DNA from: Eledone cirrhosa | Taxonomy: Eukaryota | NCBI GenBank assembly: GCA_964016885.1 | Contig: OZ024743.1 | Span: 184,636,001 to 184,700,000 of the forward strand | Length of the DNA stretch: 64,000 bases | Direction of reading: 5' to 3' | Part shown: piece by piece, positions 1-13,400 of the stretch | Position numbering within the stretch: the stretch's first letter is position 1 | Layout of the letters: every line of letters starts with the position of its first letter | Position numbers and translations under genes: made by a program | Notes under the pieces: model-generated | Told to the model about the DNA's origin: nothing | The model's input: the letters and a program-made list of their open reading frames with translations, nothing else | Database searches by the model: none

Positions 1-119
1 AATCTGCTCGAATTCTGGACAGACATTGGACATAATACCTTTCTGCGATGTACCAAAAAGGAATGGACACACCTAGTATTGAAATGTTCAATGGCTGCTG
101 TCATATATATATATATATA

Positions 120-297
120 AGAAAGAGTCGGAACCCGACGGCTGAGCTCTTGCCATTTTGTGAGCTAGTTCCAGACTCAGTCTGGAACTAACTGTCGAAA
201 CGGCCCGACACTTTCTAATATAATCACACTCTACTATCCCAAGTATCGAGTACTGAATAATGGTCTTACTAGTTTGATGCTGGTTTCATCCTCTCAT
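120..297 (+). mobile_element. Short TA-flanked element, probable solo PLE terminal repeat with a structured 5' half
   Basis: (TA)n on both sides. Stems gtcgg/ccgac, gacgg/ctgtc and hairpin tagttccagac-tca-gtctggaacta. Motif ctactatcccaagtatcgagtact resembles 51723-51746. Confidence 0.5.
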
Positions 298-328
298 ATA
301 TATATATATGTATATATATATATAATAT

Positions 329-501
329 GTAGGTTCCCGAGTTGTATCGGGGGATGGGTAACCACAGTTAGAAAAAGTACTCAATACGTTGGTAGCGTAT
401 AGTCAGCTTTATTATATATAGAAATGACTTCGATAGGACTAGGAACTGTTTCATTCGTATGGAATCATCATTCCTGATGAGTTCATACAAATGAAACAGT
501 T
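329..501 (-). mobile_element. Short TA-flanked PLE-type terminus ending in a fold-back hammerhead-like hairpin (444-501)
   Basis: TA tracts on both sides. aactgtttcatt..tcatca / tgatga..atgaaacagtt inverted repeat. The + arm reads CTGATGA-gttcatacaaat-GAAAC. Confidence 0.5.
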
Positions 502-1466
502 ATATATATATATATATTGATATATTGTTGTATCGTCGGTTTCAGTTATTGCACACCAGCCACGCTAGGGCACCTTGCAAATTCTTACAAAAAATGGGAA
601 GAAATCTAAAACGGAACTTAATTATGTTACGCTATTTATTGGAGTCCATTCATTAATTTTTTTAACAATATAAAAATGATTACGAAATGTTATTTGAGTA
701 GTTTATATCGTGTCTGAGTATTAAATGTTGTTGTTTTCCTCTTGTCTTTACCGGACTAAAAAAATTGTTTAAAGTCCTTAAGATTTTTAGACCAAAGATA
801 GGCAAAATGAGGTGCTAATTTATACATTTGGCTATTTAAGTGTGCTTCATGGCAAAGACTAACTTTAATTTAATTTTGAGAATTATTATTTGATTTGGTT
901 TATTAATCAGTGAACGTTATGAAAAAATATATTTATCATTCAAAAGTGTTTTTAAAAAAAATCTTCAGCTCCCGAGGCTTGTTTTATGAATTTTTTTACC
1001 CCAGGTTAGTAGCCATAGAGGATCAAACGTGTTCCTGTCGTGGCTATCCGGTTTTATTTTTTCCAGACTTGCTATATCTTTAAGACAATTGGATGTGATT
1101 TAAGAAACTCTTAAGTAGAGGTTCACTCGTAAGCGTTTTTTAAATTTTTTTTTATCTCCATTTGTTTATTTCAGTCATTGGTCTGTGCCCATTCAACACA
1201 TGTATTTAATTCAGTCTCTTATTCAATCTGTGTTTATCGAACTGATATGTTAGGGGAAAAAGGGATACAAAACCGGTGTTTAGACTGGTGTAAACATAAA
1301 CACAAACACTTATATGGTGTGTGTATGTGTGCGCGCGCGCACATGCATATACATAACCAACTGCTAATCGTAAAAATACATATTGTTTTGCTGATAGAAT
1401 TGAACATGTTAAATTCTTTTTTTTTTTTCATTTGTGTTATGTTTTCTGTTTGGTTCTATTCCTCAG

Positions 1467-4400
1467 CCTCAGACCTTGCTTGGCTCTCCAACAAAAGTTA
1501 TCCTAATGAACTGAATGTTGTTAATTCTACACTGCCATCAGTTAGCAACATTGCTGAGGAATCTAGTGATGAGGGCAGGTGAGTTGAATCTTGGTTTGGT
1601 TTCTACAGTTGGATGCCCTTCTTAACGCCAACCACGTTATAGTGTGGACTGGGTGCTTTTTATCATAGCACCAAAGTGACGTCTAACAGGGTGGACTGGG
1701 CGTTCATTCGTCGTGTCATCAACACGATCATCTAACAGGGTGGACTGGGCGTTTTTTTTTGTGTTGTGTCACCAGCAGGACCATCTTACAGGGTGGACGG
1801 GTGCTTTTTTTCGTGTCACCAGCACGACCACCTCACTATGTGGGTTGAGTGCTGCCTCTTATGTTACCAGCATGATAACCTTATGGGGTGGACTGAGTGC
1901 TTTTGTTGTTGTTGCACCAGATCGCGATACAGAGTGGACTGTGTTTTTTGCCATGGCAGTGAGAGAGTAAATGTGAAGCATGTGTGGGGTCGAGGTGAGT
2001 GGTGCAAACGTGTAGTTGGTGGTTGTGTGTATGTGGTGTGCATATTATGATGCATGTTAAGTGTGTTGGTAGTGGAAATGCAACGGATAGGTTGTGTTGA
2101 TTTGATGAGTGTTTGGATGAAAAGAATAATGCCATGATTGAGTTGTTAACAATGTTTATTTTATAATAACAATATTCGATTTGATTTGAATATATCCGTA
2201 CAATAAATTGGTAGCTGCTACGAGCTACGTAAATGTATGTATCAGAGAAGACGATATAATATATGTTAGGTTGTGTCTTGCAGATACAATATGGTAGGAA
2301 GAATAGGATGAGAGTATAATATAACAATATGAACTTACTATGCGGTGTGTGTGTGTGTCTATTCTTAGTGTATCTTATTCTCATAGTAGTAATGGCCAAT
2401 CTCTCAGACAGGCGTGACTGGCTGGCTGTCTGGCTGAGAAGGTAGGCCAGTGAGGGTCAGGAGAAAGATAAGGTGAAAGGTCTACTGACGCCACATAGTT
2501 ATCTTTTTGACTGTTGCTTCGATACTTCTCCTGTTCCCTCAGTCCTTGTATTTATAATAAGTGCTAAAGTTAGAAGGATGGATATATAATCTGACCTGCG
2601 GTTAGCATCTCCCAAGGGGTTGGGGTCACAGGTCAAATGGAATGTCATCCATCATCGTTGACAGGACAAAGGCGAGAACTTCTAACGATTGAGTGTCCCA
2701 GAGGCGGGAAAGCTCAGATTCGGTTTCGAATCTTCGACGGTAAAACATAGGAGTATTCCGTTATAGAAGTATGTGTGTATGCACACAAACACACGTATCC
2801 CTGTGTACACACACGTGTGTGTGTTTGGCAGGTATGTATGGTTATTGGGGTGTATTATGTGGTTGTATGTATTGGTGTATGCATGTGTGTGTATACGGAT
2901 GGGGTGGGGTGAGTTTTTGAATTTAGTATGGTCCGAGTTGGGTCTGTATCCAGGTTGGTTAGTCCGAAGTGTATTGTGGAAGAGAAAGGAATTGTGGGTG
3001 AGTGGTAGCCACCGGAAGTTTGTGATGGGGCAGAGTTCTAAGAGTGTGGGGTGTTATGGTCAGCAGTAAAATAGAGTGTAGGGGACGGAAGTTGAAGGAG
3101 AGTGTGGTGGGTGAGGGAATTGAGAGTCGGTGTGACAGAGTGGGAGCTGCTAGAGCGAATGGTACAGATGGTGTGGTGGTGGTAATGGATTGGATGACGG
3201 ATGTATTTGTGTCAGAGTGTGTGTATATGCCATTTGTGGCAGGGTGGTAGGTAGATATAAACCATAATCAGAGATGTAAATAATAATAGAAATTCCTCTC
3301 ACAATGTTAATAGATCTGAAATGGTTATTTGGAACCCATCATTATCATCATAAGAAAGTGAGAACAATTTTGTTAAACATATTTACTTTTGGCTAACATT
3401 GCTGAATGTTATACATTTTTATGTTTATTTTATTTGTCTCCCAGCAGTGGTTTCACTTCAACTGATGACGATGATTATGATGATGGTGATGATGAAAATA
3501 AAGAAGAGAAGGATGAGGAGGAAGAAGAAGAAATGGTTGTTAATAATGATGACAAAAACAGCACAAAAGACAGCAAAACTAAGATTCAACAGGTTTTTGG
3601 TGAAGATGACCAAAACAAAGGTATGACAGTTGATGTATTTTAACTTGGTTTCTGCCTCCCTCCAAGAGTGGATGGGAAGAAATCAGAGATACATATTCTT
3701 TCTTTCTCTTACTGATTTCAGTCATTAGACTGACACCATGCCTTGAAAAGATTTAGTTGTTCATATCAACCCTAATATTTAAATATCTATTTGACTTATG
3801 AAGCACTGGGAAAATTAGATATGAAGTCATTCCAACACAAATTACAATAAGTATAGTCAAGCACTATAAATAAAAGTTGAAAAAATGGGGCAAAGTATCT
3901 CTGGGGATGGGAAAAAGTGGACAGAGTTACCTGCAAGGAATCGAACCCAACATATTTTGGATGCTGGGTGAGTGTATTGTTATACTTAGGAGTCCTTGAG
4001 CACTGTTTGGCTTCATTTAGAAGATTTTAAGTTTGTATGATACTTATTTTATCAAGTCTTTTTGTCAAAACACTTAGTTACACAGCATAAACAGACAGTA
4101 AACATACACAGATACACACACACATGTATATATAATTGTTTCTACTTTTGGCACAAAGCCAGCAATTATCCAGTACATTATGGTATTTTATTTTATCGCC
4201 CCCGTAAGGATGAAAGGCAAAGTTAACTTCGGCGGGATTTGAACTCAGACCATAAACATGTATATATAATGGTAAACAGATAGGCACACATATGTATATA
4301 TCAGTAAATAGACACAGACATAGGTATATAGTAAACAGACACGTGTATATATGCAGGAAACACAGACACATCAAGAGATATCAACATAAATGAACCTGTA

Positions 4401-7400
4401 TTTTTACAATTCTAACTCGCCCGTCTCCTCAATCTATCTTATTTCTCATTCTTTCTTCTGATGAAGGACTACCGTCCGAAACCTTAAGACCCTCTTCTTG
4501 CTATATCAAGCGTTAACCTAATATATCCCTTCCATATACTGTACTGATTGTGTTGTTATTTCTGTTTACCTTTTACATACATATATATATATATATAAAT
4601 ATAAAGACACCAAAGAATCAATGTGTTTTCAAACTAACACGTTTCAGTTGATAGAACTTCATCCCGAGACCGTATAGTTACAGACTTGAAAATTTGTTCA
4701 AAATTTATTTATGGTTTTATACTAAGACCATCAGGAATTGGTTCAAGATCAGCATCATATATATATATATATATATATCAATCACAAAGCATTGGTCAAC
4801 CAATGGCTATGGTAGAAGAAACTTACATAAGGTACCACGCAATGAGTGAACTCAAACTCCTTAATCACATAGCTATACTTGCACTGATATATTCCTGTTT
4901 ACTTTTCTGTTTCTCATTTTTGGATATCTTCCCTTTGTTGTCCTGTCTATTAATTGATTGTGAGAGTTAGATGTGACATAGCTAGGTACACATTTTTTGT
5001 TGTGAGCCTAGACAGAACTTTTTATTCTTATATTGTAATTGCTTAATTCAGTAAATTGGCATATTCATTAGAACATTGGATTAAATACCTTGGTATTTGT
5101 TCCAACTCTCTGTGCTCTGAGTTCAAATCCCACCAAGATTAACTTTGCCTTTGAGCTTTTTGGGATCAACAAACAAAGTACCAGTTCAGAATTTTACAGA
5201 ATTAACTAGAATTTATATTTACCTATAAATATTTCATTTAACCAATAATTTTGTTTTTATATAAATTTGTAGTACTGGTGCCTCAATAAAGTGCACCCAA
5301 TTTCTTTGTAAAGTGATTGGCATTAGGATAGGCATCCAACTGTAGAACCCATTCATGGAATGAATAAACAAGACATGATTCTCCAACTCTTCTAGTCTCA
5401 GACCATGACAACCCAGCCAACATATACCTGCATAGAAAATGAACGTAAAATTATGATGATGAATTACTATATGAATAAATAGCTTAAACCTTTATTAATT
5501 GAAATCTACCATGTTATACACATGAATTGATAATCCTTTTGATATCAGCCTGAGTAAAAACTGTCTCTGGTTCTATGAAACAAACCAACCCATTGTGAAG
5601 TCTTCCTATTTAAATAAAAAATCTTTCAACACAATTCTATACAAGAACCATAGTTTAAGTTTTGATCTTAGTAATGAAATAATTAATAATTTTAGTAAAT
5701 TCCTCAATATTCTTCATTAATTAATTGAAATAGCTTGTATATCATTAGAAGTACAGTCACACAATGGCTAAGTTAATGATGTCTTATACCTATTGCTTTT
5801 GTCATTATCATGTTATGCCTTCTACATAGGCTGGCATGGGTTGAACAGGTTGGCTAGTGCAAAAGGAGATGGGTTGTGAAGACACAGCTTCTATATTTTG
5901 GCATAGTTTCTACAACTGTATGCCCTTCTTAACACCAACCAAAGTGTACTAGGTGCATTTTATCATAACAACAGCACAACTACTTCAGAGAATGTAGTGG
6001 GTGCATTTTATCATGGCACTATCACTGCCATTTTACAGAGTGTATTGGGTGTATTTTATCATCGCACCACCATTGCCACTTTATAGTGTACTGGGTTCAT
6101 TTTATCCTGTGGTACCACAACTACCACTTTAAAAATAATAATAATAATGAAAATATTGTGTACAGTGCTCAGGTGCACTACAACTCATCAAAAGTGTATG
6201 TATAGTACATAGGGTAATGTACAAACGTCAGGAAAATGAACAGAACATGAGCCATGATATACACGTGTGCATGTGTATGGAAGGGGGACATCAGGTGTAA
6301 TTTTGGCGAATTTCGGGAAGCATGAGGGTTTTAAAGGATGCAGTGTCTCAGCAGCTAACAACTGACGCAGGCAGTTTGTTCCATGCTTCAACTCTAAGCG
6401 TGAAAAAATGTTTCCGAAAGTCATGGGAGCTGTGCTGTTTTCTGACTTTCTAGGCATGTCCACGTGTGTTAGACACATGGAGATCAAAAAGGTGCTCAGG
6501 GTTGTTGTTGGCGAGATGGTTAATAACTTTGTGGGTGTTTACCAAGTCAGTTGCCAGACGTCAGAGCTCAATGAATCTATGCCCAGGGAAGCAAGGCGTT
6601 CAGAGTATGGTAGGTGTCTGATGGATGGTATGCACTTCGTTGCACGTCTCTGAACAGTGTGTTTTCTTGCTTATTAATAAATAAATAAATAACAATTGCA
6701 AAATAAGTAAAACAATTTGATGTTTTCTGTTTGAAGATGGTTCTTCTAAGAAAAGCTCAAGACACCAGATTACAGAAAATAGCCACACAATTAAGAGAAA
6801 ACATAAATCTAAGAAACACAAGCATTCTAAAAAGTCTAAGAAATTAAAGTATGAAAAAGTGGATAAATATGGAAAGTAAGTATAAATTATTTACCTGTAT
6901 GAAGGTATTAACTAACACAGGTACCTTATGCACATTTCCGGCTGTCTCTGATATGTATCAGTAGGTAGCTTCTGTGCGTTACCAACATTCACAGGCAGCA
7001 AATTGGCAGAGTTGTTAGAGTGTCAGGTTAAATGACTCGTTATTTGTTCCTGTGCTCTGTGTTCGAATTCTGCCAAGATCAACTTTCCCTTTCCTCCTTT
7101 CAGGGTTGATAAACTACCAGTCCAGGGGTGGTATCTGTTCCAGCTCTGTGCACTGTGCATTCTGAGACCCAATCCCATCTCCATTTACTGGAAAAGTAGT
7201 ATTATTCCTATCAAGAGTTGCAACCAGCAGATAGTATCAGCAATAGAAAGACAAATGGAAACACAGCTTCCTTGGTTTGATCTGATGATTGGCTCCTATT
7301 CTACATACAGTGTTTGTCTCTGAGACCAAAATATCAGTATATAAAAGTCCCATCCACTGTGTCTCAAAGGTTATGATGATAAGAGAACTGATGACAACAT

Positions 7401-10400
7401 CTAAACTCTAAAATCCTCATTCATGTTAATGCTAATGCTGCCTTTTATACCCTCTTACATAACTTGAGCATTCTCACAAGCCTTTTGTCCATATGTAACA
7501 TTCTTATTGCTCAACAGGCTGCAAATTCTGCAACTCTATCAAAGACCTCCCAGTTGACAAATGTAAAATAGAGTTGTTTGTTGTTAGTTAAGAACTTCTC
7601 TTGCTTTTGTAGTATCAACAATATATCATGTAATCTTTCATTATAAATACAATCACAAATTAACTCTTACACTAATTTCACTATAACCTTTTATATTATT
7701 TTCATAACTTGGCTCAATTGCATTAATCAAAATGAAAAAGATATTTCCTCTTCTTTCTAGAAATCTTGCTGAACTCTATAAAGGTATTCCTGGTCAAATT
7801 TTCCTTGGAGATAATGTAAAACCATCTCTTGAAAACACATTCAGAATTGACTGCAAAGCTGATACTAGCATTTGGACTTATGGTTCTCTTTATAAGTTAC
7901 ACGTTGCTAAATATTTTCAATGCTGCAAATTTTGTCTGGGACTAACAGATGACAATGCTCGTTGTTTATTAAGTAACCAAACCACATCATCTTCAAGTGA
8001 AGCAAAAAAGTCTGTTGCTAAACGTTACTTTGATAAAGACAATTTAAAACAGATGATTAGTTCTTCAGAGAAAACTCAGTTGTGTCAGAATGTGGTAGAA
8101 ACTTCTAATCTACTTGATAAAAATGTTATCTTACTTTCAAATGAAACTGATAACTCTGGTCACAGCAATCCTGGTCAACATATAGCTTTAAACCAACAGG
8201 TGAGTGACACCAACACTGATGTTGATACCAATGTTAGTATAGCAACTAGTAGTCCTATACTGCAGAAAGTTGCTTACTACAATAAACGACTTCACTCAGA
8301 ACCACACAATGTGTCTTTATGGATGGAGTTTGTGTCATTCCAAGAAACTTTTCTTAAGAAGCAAAACAAACTGATGTTTGATGAAAGCATCCAGCTTCTT
8401 TCATTGCGTGGTGTTCTTGAAAAGAAAGTAGCTATTCTAGATAAAGCTATAGAATCAAATCCTCAGTCAATTGATCTAAAGGTTGCTCGCTTAAAACTCT
8501 GCCATGAACTATGGGGACCAAACAAAGTTCAGGAGAGTTGGGAAAAACTACTCTCTAAACACAGCACTGATTGTAGTCTATGGAAGAACTATTTGCTTCA
8601 GCGACAGTGCAACTTAACTACATTCAGTGTGTTCAAAGTCACCAAACTCTACCACAAATGTTTCAAGTGTTTACTAGAAACCAAAAATTCTGAAAGCTGT
8701 CCACAGATATTAAAAAACACTCTGAGCAAAAATCTATTGGGTATGTATGTCTTTATTATTGGGTTTGTCTGTATGTTAGCTCTACTTACATTTTACTACA
8801 TCATTATCATTTTAGATCTGTTTTGCATGACTTTCCCTGCTCTCATAAATCAAATATCTACACATGATGTTTTCACCAGACTATAGAGTGTGGAACCTTA
8901 TCAAAGGTCTTTCATAGACCAACAAACAGAAAATAGAGTGACTTGTTTTATTCCCAAGAACTTCTCTTGTAGCTGTCTCATGAGCAATATAGTATTTGTG
9001 GTTCCATGTTTTCATACAAAATATGACTGCAGCTTAAAGTTAGTACAGGATATTGTTAACTTGGGTAAGACTCTCAGCTTCTTTCAAGTTTGAAGCTCAT
9101 TTGCATTGCCTTGTCTTTAACTTTGTAGCAGTTTACGATGATACTGCTATACTAAGTATTAGAATAGCTCCTTCTTGCACAACTAGACAAATAAAAGACC
9201 AAGGAGGAAGCCCCAATGTGGTCACTCAATCTGCAGAAATTAACAATGAAATCTCCTTCAACTCACATCCTATTCTCTTAAAAAGAAGAGACATAGTATT
9301 ATATAGAATAATGTGGATGATCTGGGCTGAACTGCTTTTGTTCGTTGACCTATTTGATCTGGGCTAAGCAATAACAATAACAACTAAACAAGTAATAAAA
9401 ATATTATATACATAACTTGATATTTCAACATCCCAGCAACTATCCCTGATCAACTAAGTATTTTCCTTGCTTTCATAATTTTGATGCTTTACTAACTATG
9501 TATAACCAAAAAATACATTTGTTAAAAACATATATGCCAGATTCCTAAGTTATTGTATCTTTAAAATAAAAATATATTTCAGAAAATACAATCAAATTTT
9601 CTTTCTGAAAATACTAGTACATCTTTTTGTAGCTATAAGATAAAATACAAAATTGTCTAAATACTTTTAGGTTTACATACACCTGAGAATTCTAAACATT
9701 TTCATTAGAGAGAATCAATTTTTTTAATGATGCCCATTGGCATATCTAATCATTATTTTAAACATTAAATGAAACACATAGGTAGTGTAATTCATTAAAA
9801 ATATGGTCACAAAAGGGTTAATCTTTTTCTTATTTTATATTTTCAGACATATTTGTCCTATACTGCCATTTCTTGCTGCAGACTGGTTTCACTGAAAAAA
9901 TGGTTGCATCATTGCAGGCTATGCTTGAATTTAACCTTTTTTGCCCAAATTCATTAGAAAAGAGCTCTACTGAAGATCGTGTTGCTGTTTTTGAGAGCTT
10001 CTGGGACAGTGGTGTTGCTCGTTTTGGTGAACCAGGCGCTGAAGGCTGGAAGTCATGGGTTGAGACAAAAACTTGTACAAAGGATACTTCCTATCGCTCA
10101 GGTTTATATATATATCATAACATTTCCTTTAAGTATGTTACTTAAAATAGTATATATATAAACATATTGAAGTATGTTACTTAAAATATTCTATATAAAC
10201 AAATATCCACAGATAAACTGATTTTTGAAGAGTTATTTTGAGAATTTTAATAGAAACTGTGGGAAATGGGAAAATTGTTAAACTATTTAATAAAATATTT
10301 TACCTCTTATTCATTCTTTTATTCATTAACTCTTAAGGTACTATACTGCATGAAATCACATTGGGAAGATATTCTTGAAAAGTACAAAACAGCACTATGA

Positions 10401-13400
10401 CTACATCACATTGAAAATTACATTCTTTATTCTATTACTGCAAATTTTCCAAAACAAACTGCCCACTAGTAAAAATACTGTAAGCATTTGAATTAATAAA
10501 CTTGTTTTCAGATATTTTCCACTAAATCATTACAGAATGTTAAGAGTCAAGAAGCCACCATCTGTAATATTAGGTAGTAGACATGCCACATAATGCTTTG
10601 CTAGACCCTAATCTAAATTTCATACAAACAGTAAAGCAGTTAATTATATGCTTTATAGTTTCTATACTTTCTGTTGCTGATTTCCAACTCTAGTATAAGA
10701 TTTGATCTCATCATCTTAAAAGCATCAATTAGATCAGCACGCCACCACAAAGTCCATTCTCTGCCAGCACTCTTATCTGCTCTTTTGTTAGGTTAATAGA
10801 GTGTGGTGACTCAATGCTTTGCCCAGAGCACAATGCTACACCAGAAGAGGCTGTCTTTGTATCATCTCAGCAATTGTAAGCCTTCTTGTTTTGATTGTTT
10901 TTTATTTCTAAAATATATCTTTTTTTGTCACCAATTATTGTCTATGATTTTTTAATGACATGTTTTGTGTATTTCTTGGTCTGAATTTAAGTGTCAATTG
11001 ATGATATTGAAGAGGACATTATTTCACAAAACAAACCCCAGTGGCAAACATGGCTGAACATTGAGCAACTGAGAGAATCCGTACACTGGCTGCCATGGCG
11101 ACCTGACACCAGTGCTGATGAGACATTAGAAGACTGTGAGGACCTTGATCGTTTGGTGCTGTTTGATGACATAGCTCCAGTGTTGATCCAGTTCAATGAT
11201 GACAAATTGAAGCTGATGCTATTAATTCATTCCCTCTACTTGCTTGGTGTTTACAGAAATGAGCAACATTTTCTGCTCCTCACATTCCTTCAAAAGTGGT
11301 TCATCTCCCCACTCACCCTCATTGACCTTCCACAGGCTGCTGTTTTAGAGACCAATATGGCATTTGAACTTTTAAGTGGTAATAAAGCAAGACATGAACT
11401 GTTTCAAAAGTTTATTGATAATATTTTCCAGCAAGCTGTTAAGGTAAGCTTGATTGCATTTTTAAATTGTCTTTCAAAGTGCAAGCTACTCTTTTTTTTA
11501 ATAACATCAGTGTATAAACTTTGGTTTATTTAGTAACTGTAAATTTGCATGTAATGTTGCAGCAGACAACATAAGGTTTAAATGCTATGATAAACCAAAC
11601 AAGACACTTAGATTGAACTATGTTCTTGTATGTAGCACTTGAGTAGCTAGTTGAACATAAAATTTGGCACTGAAAATGTGGTTTAGTTTCAACCATTCAC
11701 CATAGTATATTTATATTACTAGTATATTGAGTGGTTAAGAAGTTCACTTTCAAATCATGAGGTCTCAGGTTCAATCTCACAGTGTGTCATTTTGGGAGAA
11801 TGCTTTTATTATAGTCTTGAGTGGACCCAAGCCTTGTGAGTAAAATTTGGTAGACAGAAACTGTGTGATAGCCCATCAGATGAATTGTACCCATAATTCA
11901 AAGGACCAACTTTGTCATATATTCAGTCATGCTGATTCTGCCAGAAAATTACTTTGAAGTACACCGTTTTGTCGAATACTCAATCACTTACATGTTAATT
12001 TATAACTTAGATGATCAGATGCTCAAATGACTGAATGTTCATCTTGGAAACCAATGGTGGAGTCCTCATCATATTGTAATTTGTACATTTAGCATGCAGA
12101 ATGCTTCCCTAACGAATTTAGTCTCAGCCCTATTGTTCATTTTCTTATAGCAGCTTCTGGTTATAAAACACTACCTTGCTCCAAGATGAACTTACAAATA
12201 AGCTATTTACTTCAGATTGAAATGACCATCATTACCACAGCTAATTTTTCTGTGTTTGTATGCATCGGATGGATATATAATACAGCAGGCTTCTAAATGT
12301 TTCAATGTGACATTCTGTCTTCTTGTGAAGTCTGATAAGTGCAACTCTATTTATGATGGTGTCATGATAAAAATGCACCCAGTACATTCTGTAAATTGGT
12401 TGGTGTTAAGAAAGGCATCCTGCTGTAGAAACCGTGCTAAATATAGAATGTATGCAGCACTCTAGTTATGGACCATGACAACCCATCCTATCCAATCCAG
12501 CATGGAAAATGGATGAAAAATCGATATGATGATATTCTTTAGTCTACACTAGCTCTAATAATATACCTTCTATATATTGTTCTTAATTATAATACATCTT
12601 TTCTTTCATTTTTAAAAGGTATTTTCAGGTGAAAATCAAACTGCAATCACCTTGTTATGGCTGGAACACCATTTATCTTTATTACGAAAATCAGCATCAA
12701 CTGCTGATAAAACAACTTCAAAAGACATTCACAAGTTTGCTAAATCTTTACTAAAAGAGAATCACAATAGGAATAATTTAATTCTTTGGAATGCATTTGC
12801 ACGGCTTGAATGGGAATTGGGCCGTAAAGAAGAAGCACTTAATGTTATTGAGACAGTTTTGGTTATGCAAGGAACTGACATACTTCAGATCAACGATCCT
12901 TGGGAAGGAGCTGGTATCTGTGCCTTATACCACACATACATAGATATTCTTCTGGACATGAAAACTGTTTCACTGCCACTTTGTTCCAGCAAGCAGTGTT
13001 CTACTCAAGATTTAGACAAATCACGCTGGGCCCTCATTCATTTAGCTGAGGGTACCAAACTAAATATAAAAAACTATATTTTAAATACAATTTCACCAAC
13101 TATGGTTCTAAAAACCCGGAAGAAATTTGACGAGATCTCTGAACGACTCTGGGGTCAATTCCAACAGTCGGCACATGACAAATTGACCAGCATCTGTTAT
13201 TTCCGTACAGAGTTTCTGGAATGTTTTGCTTTGTTTGAATACTGTTTTAATCGCCTCAGTGCTGCTGTGTCTTTATTAGATTCTGTACGAGATCAGTTTG
13301 AAAATTATCTGATGAAGAATGAGAGAGGAATTCATACTCAAGAACTGCCCTTTCTTGAATGGTCAGCAGGTATATATACATATTCTTTTAATCTTTTACT

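Noticed and set aside
1630-1960. Regularly spaced repeats resembling a CRISPR array
   Set aside because: Degenerate tandem units without unique spacers, eukaryotic context, no cas genes.
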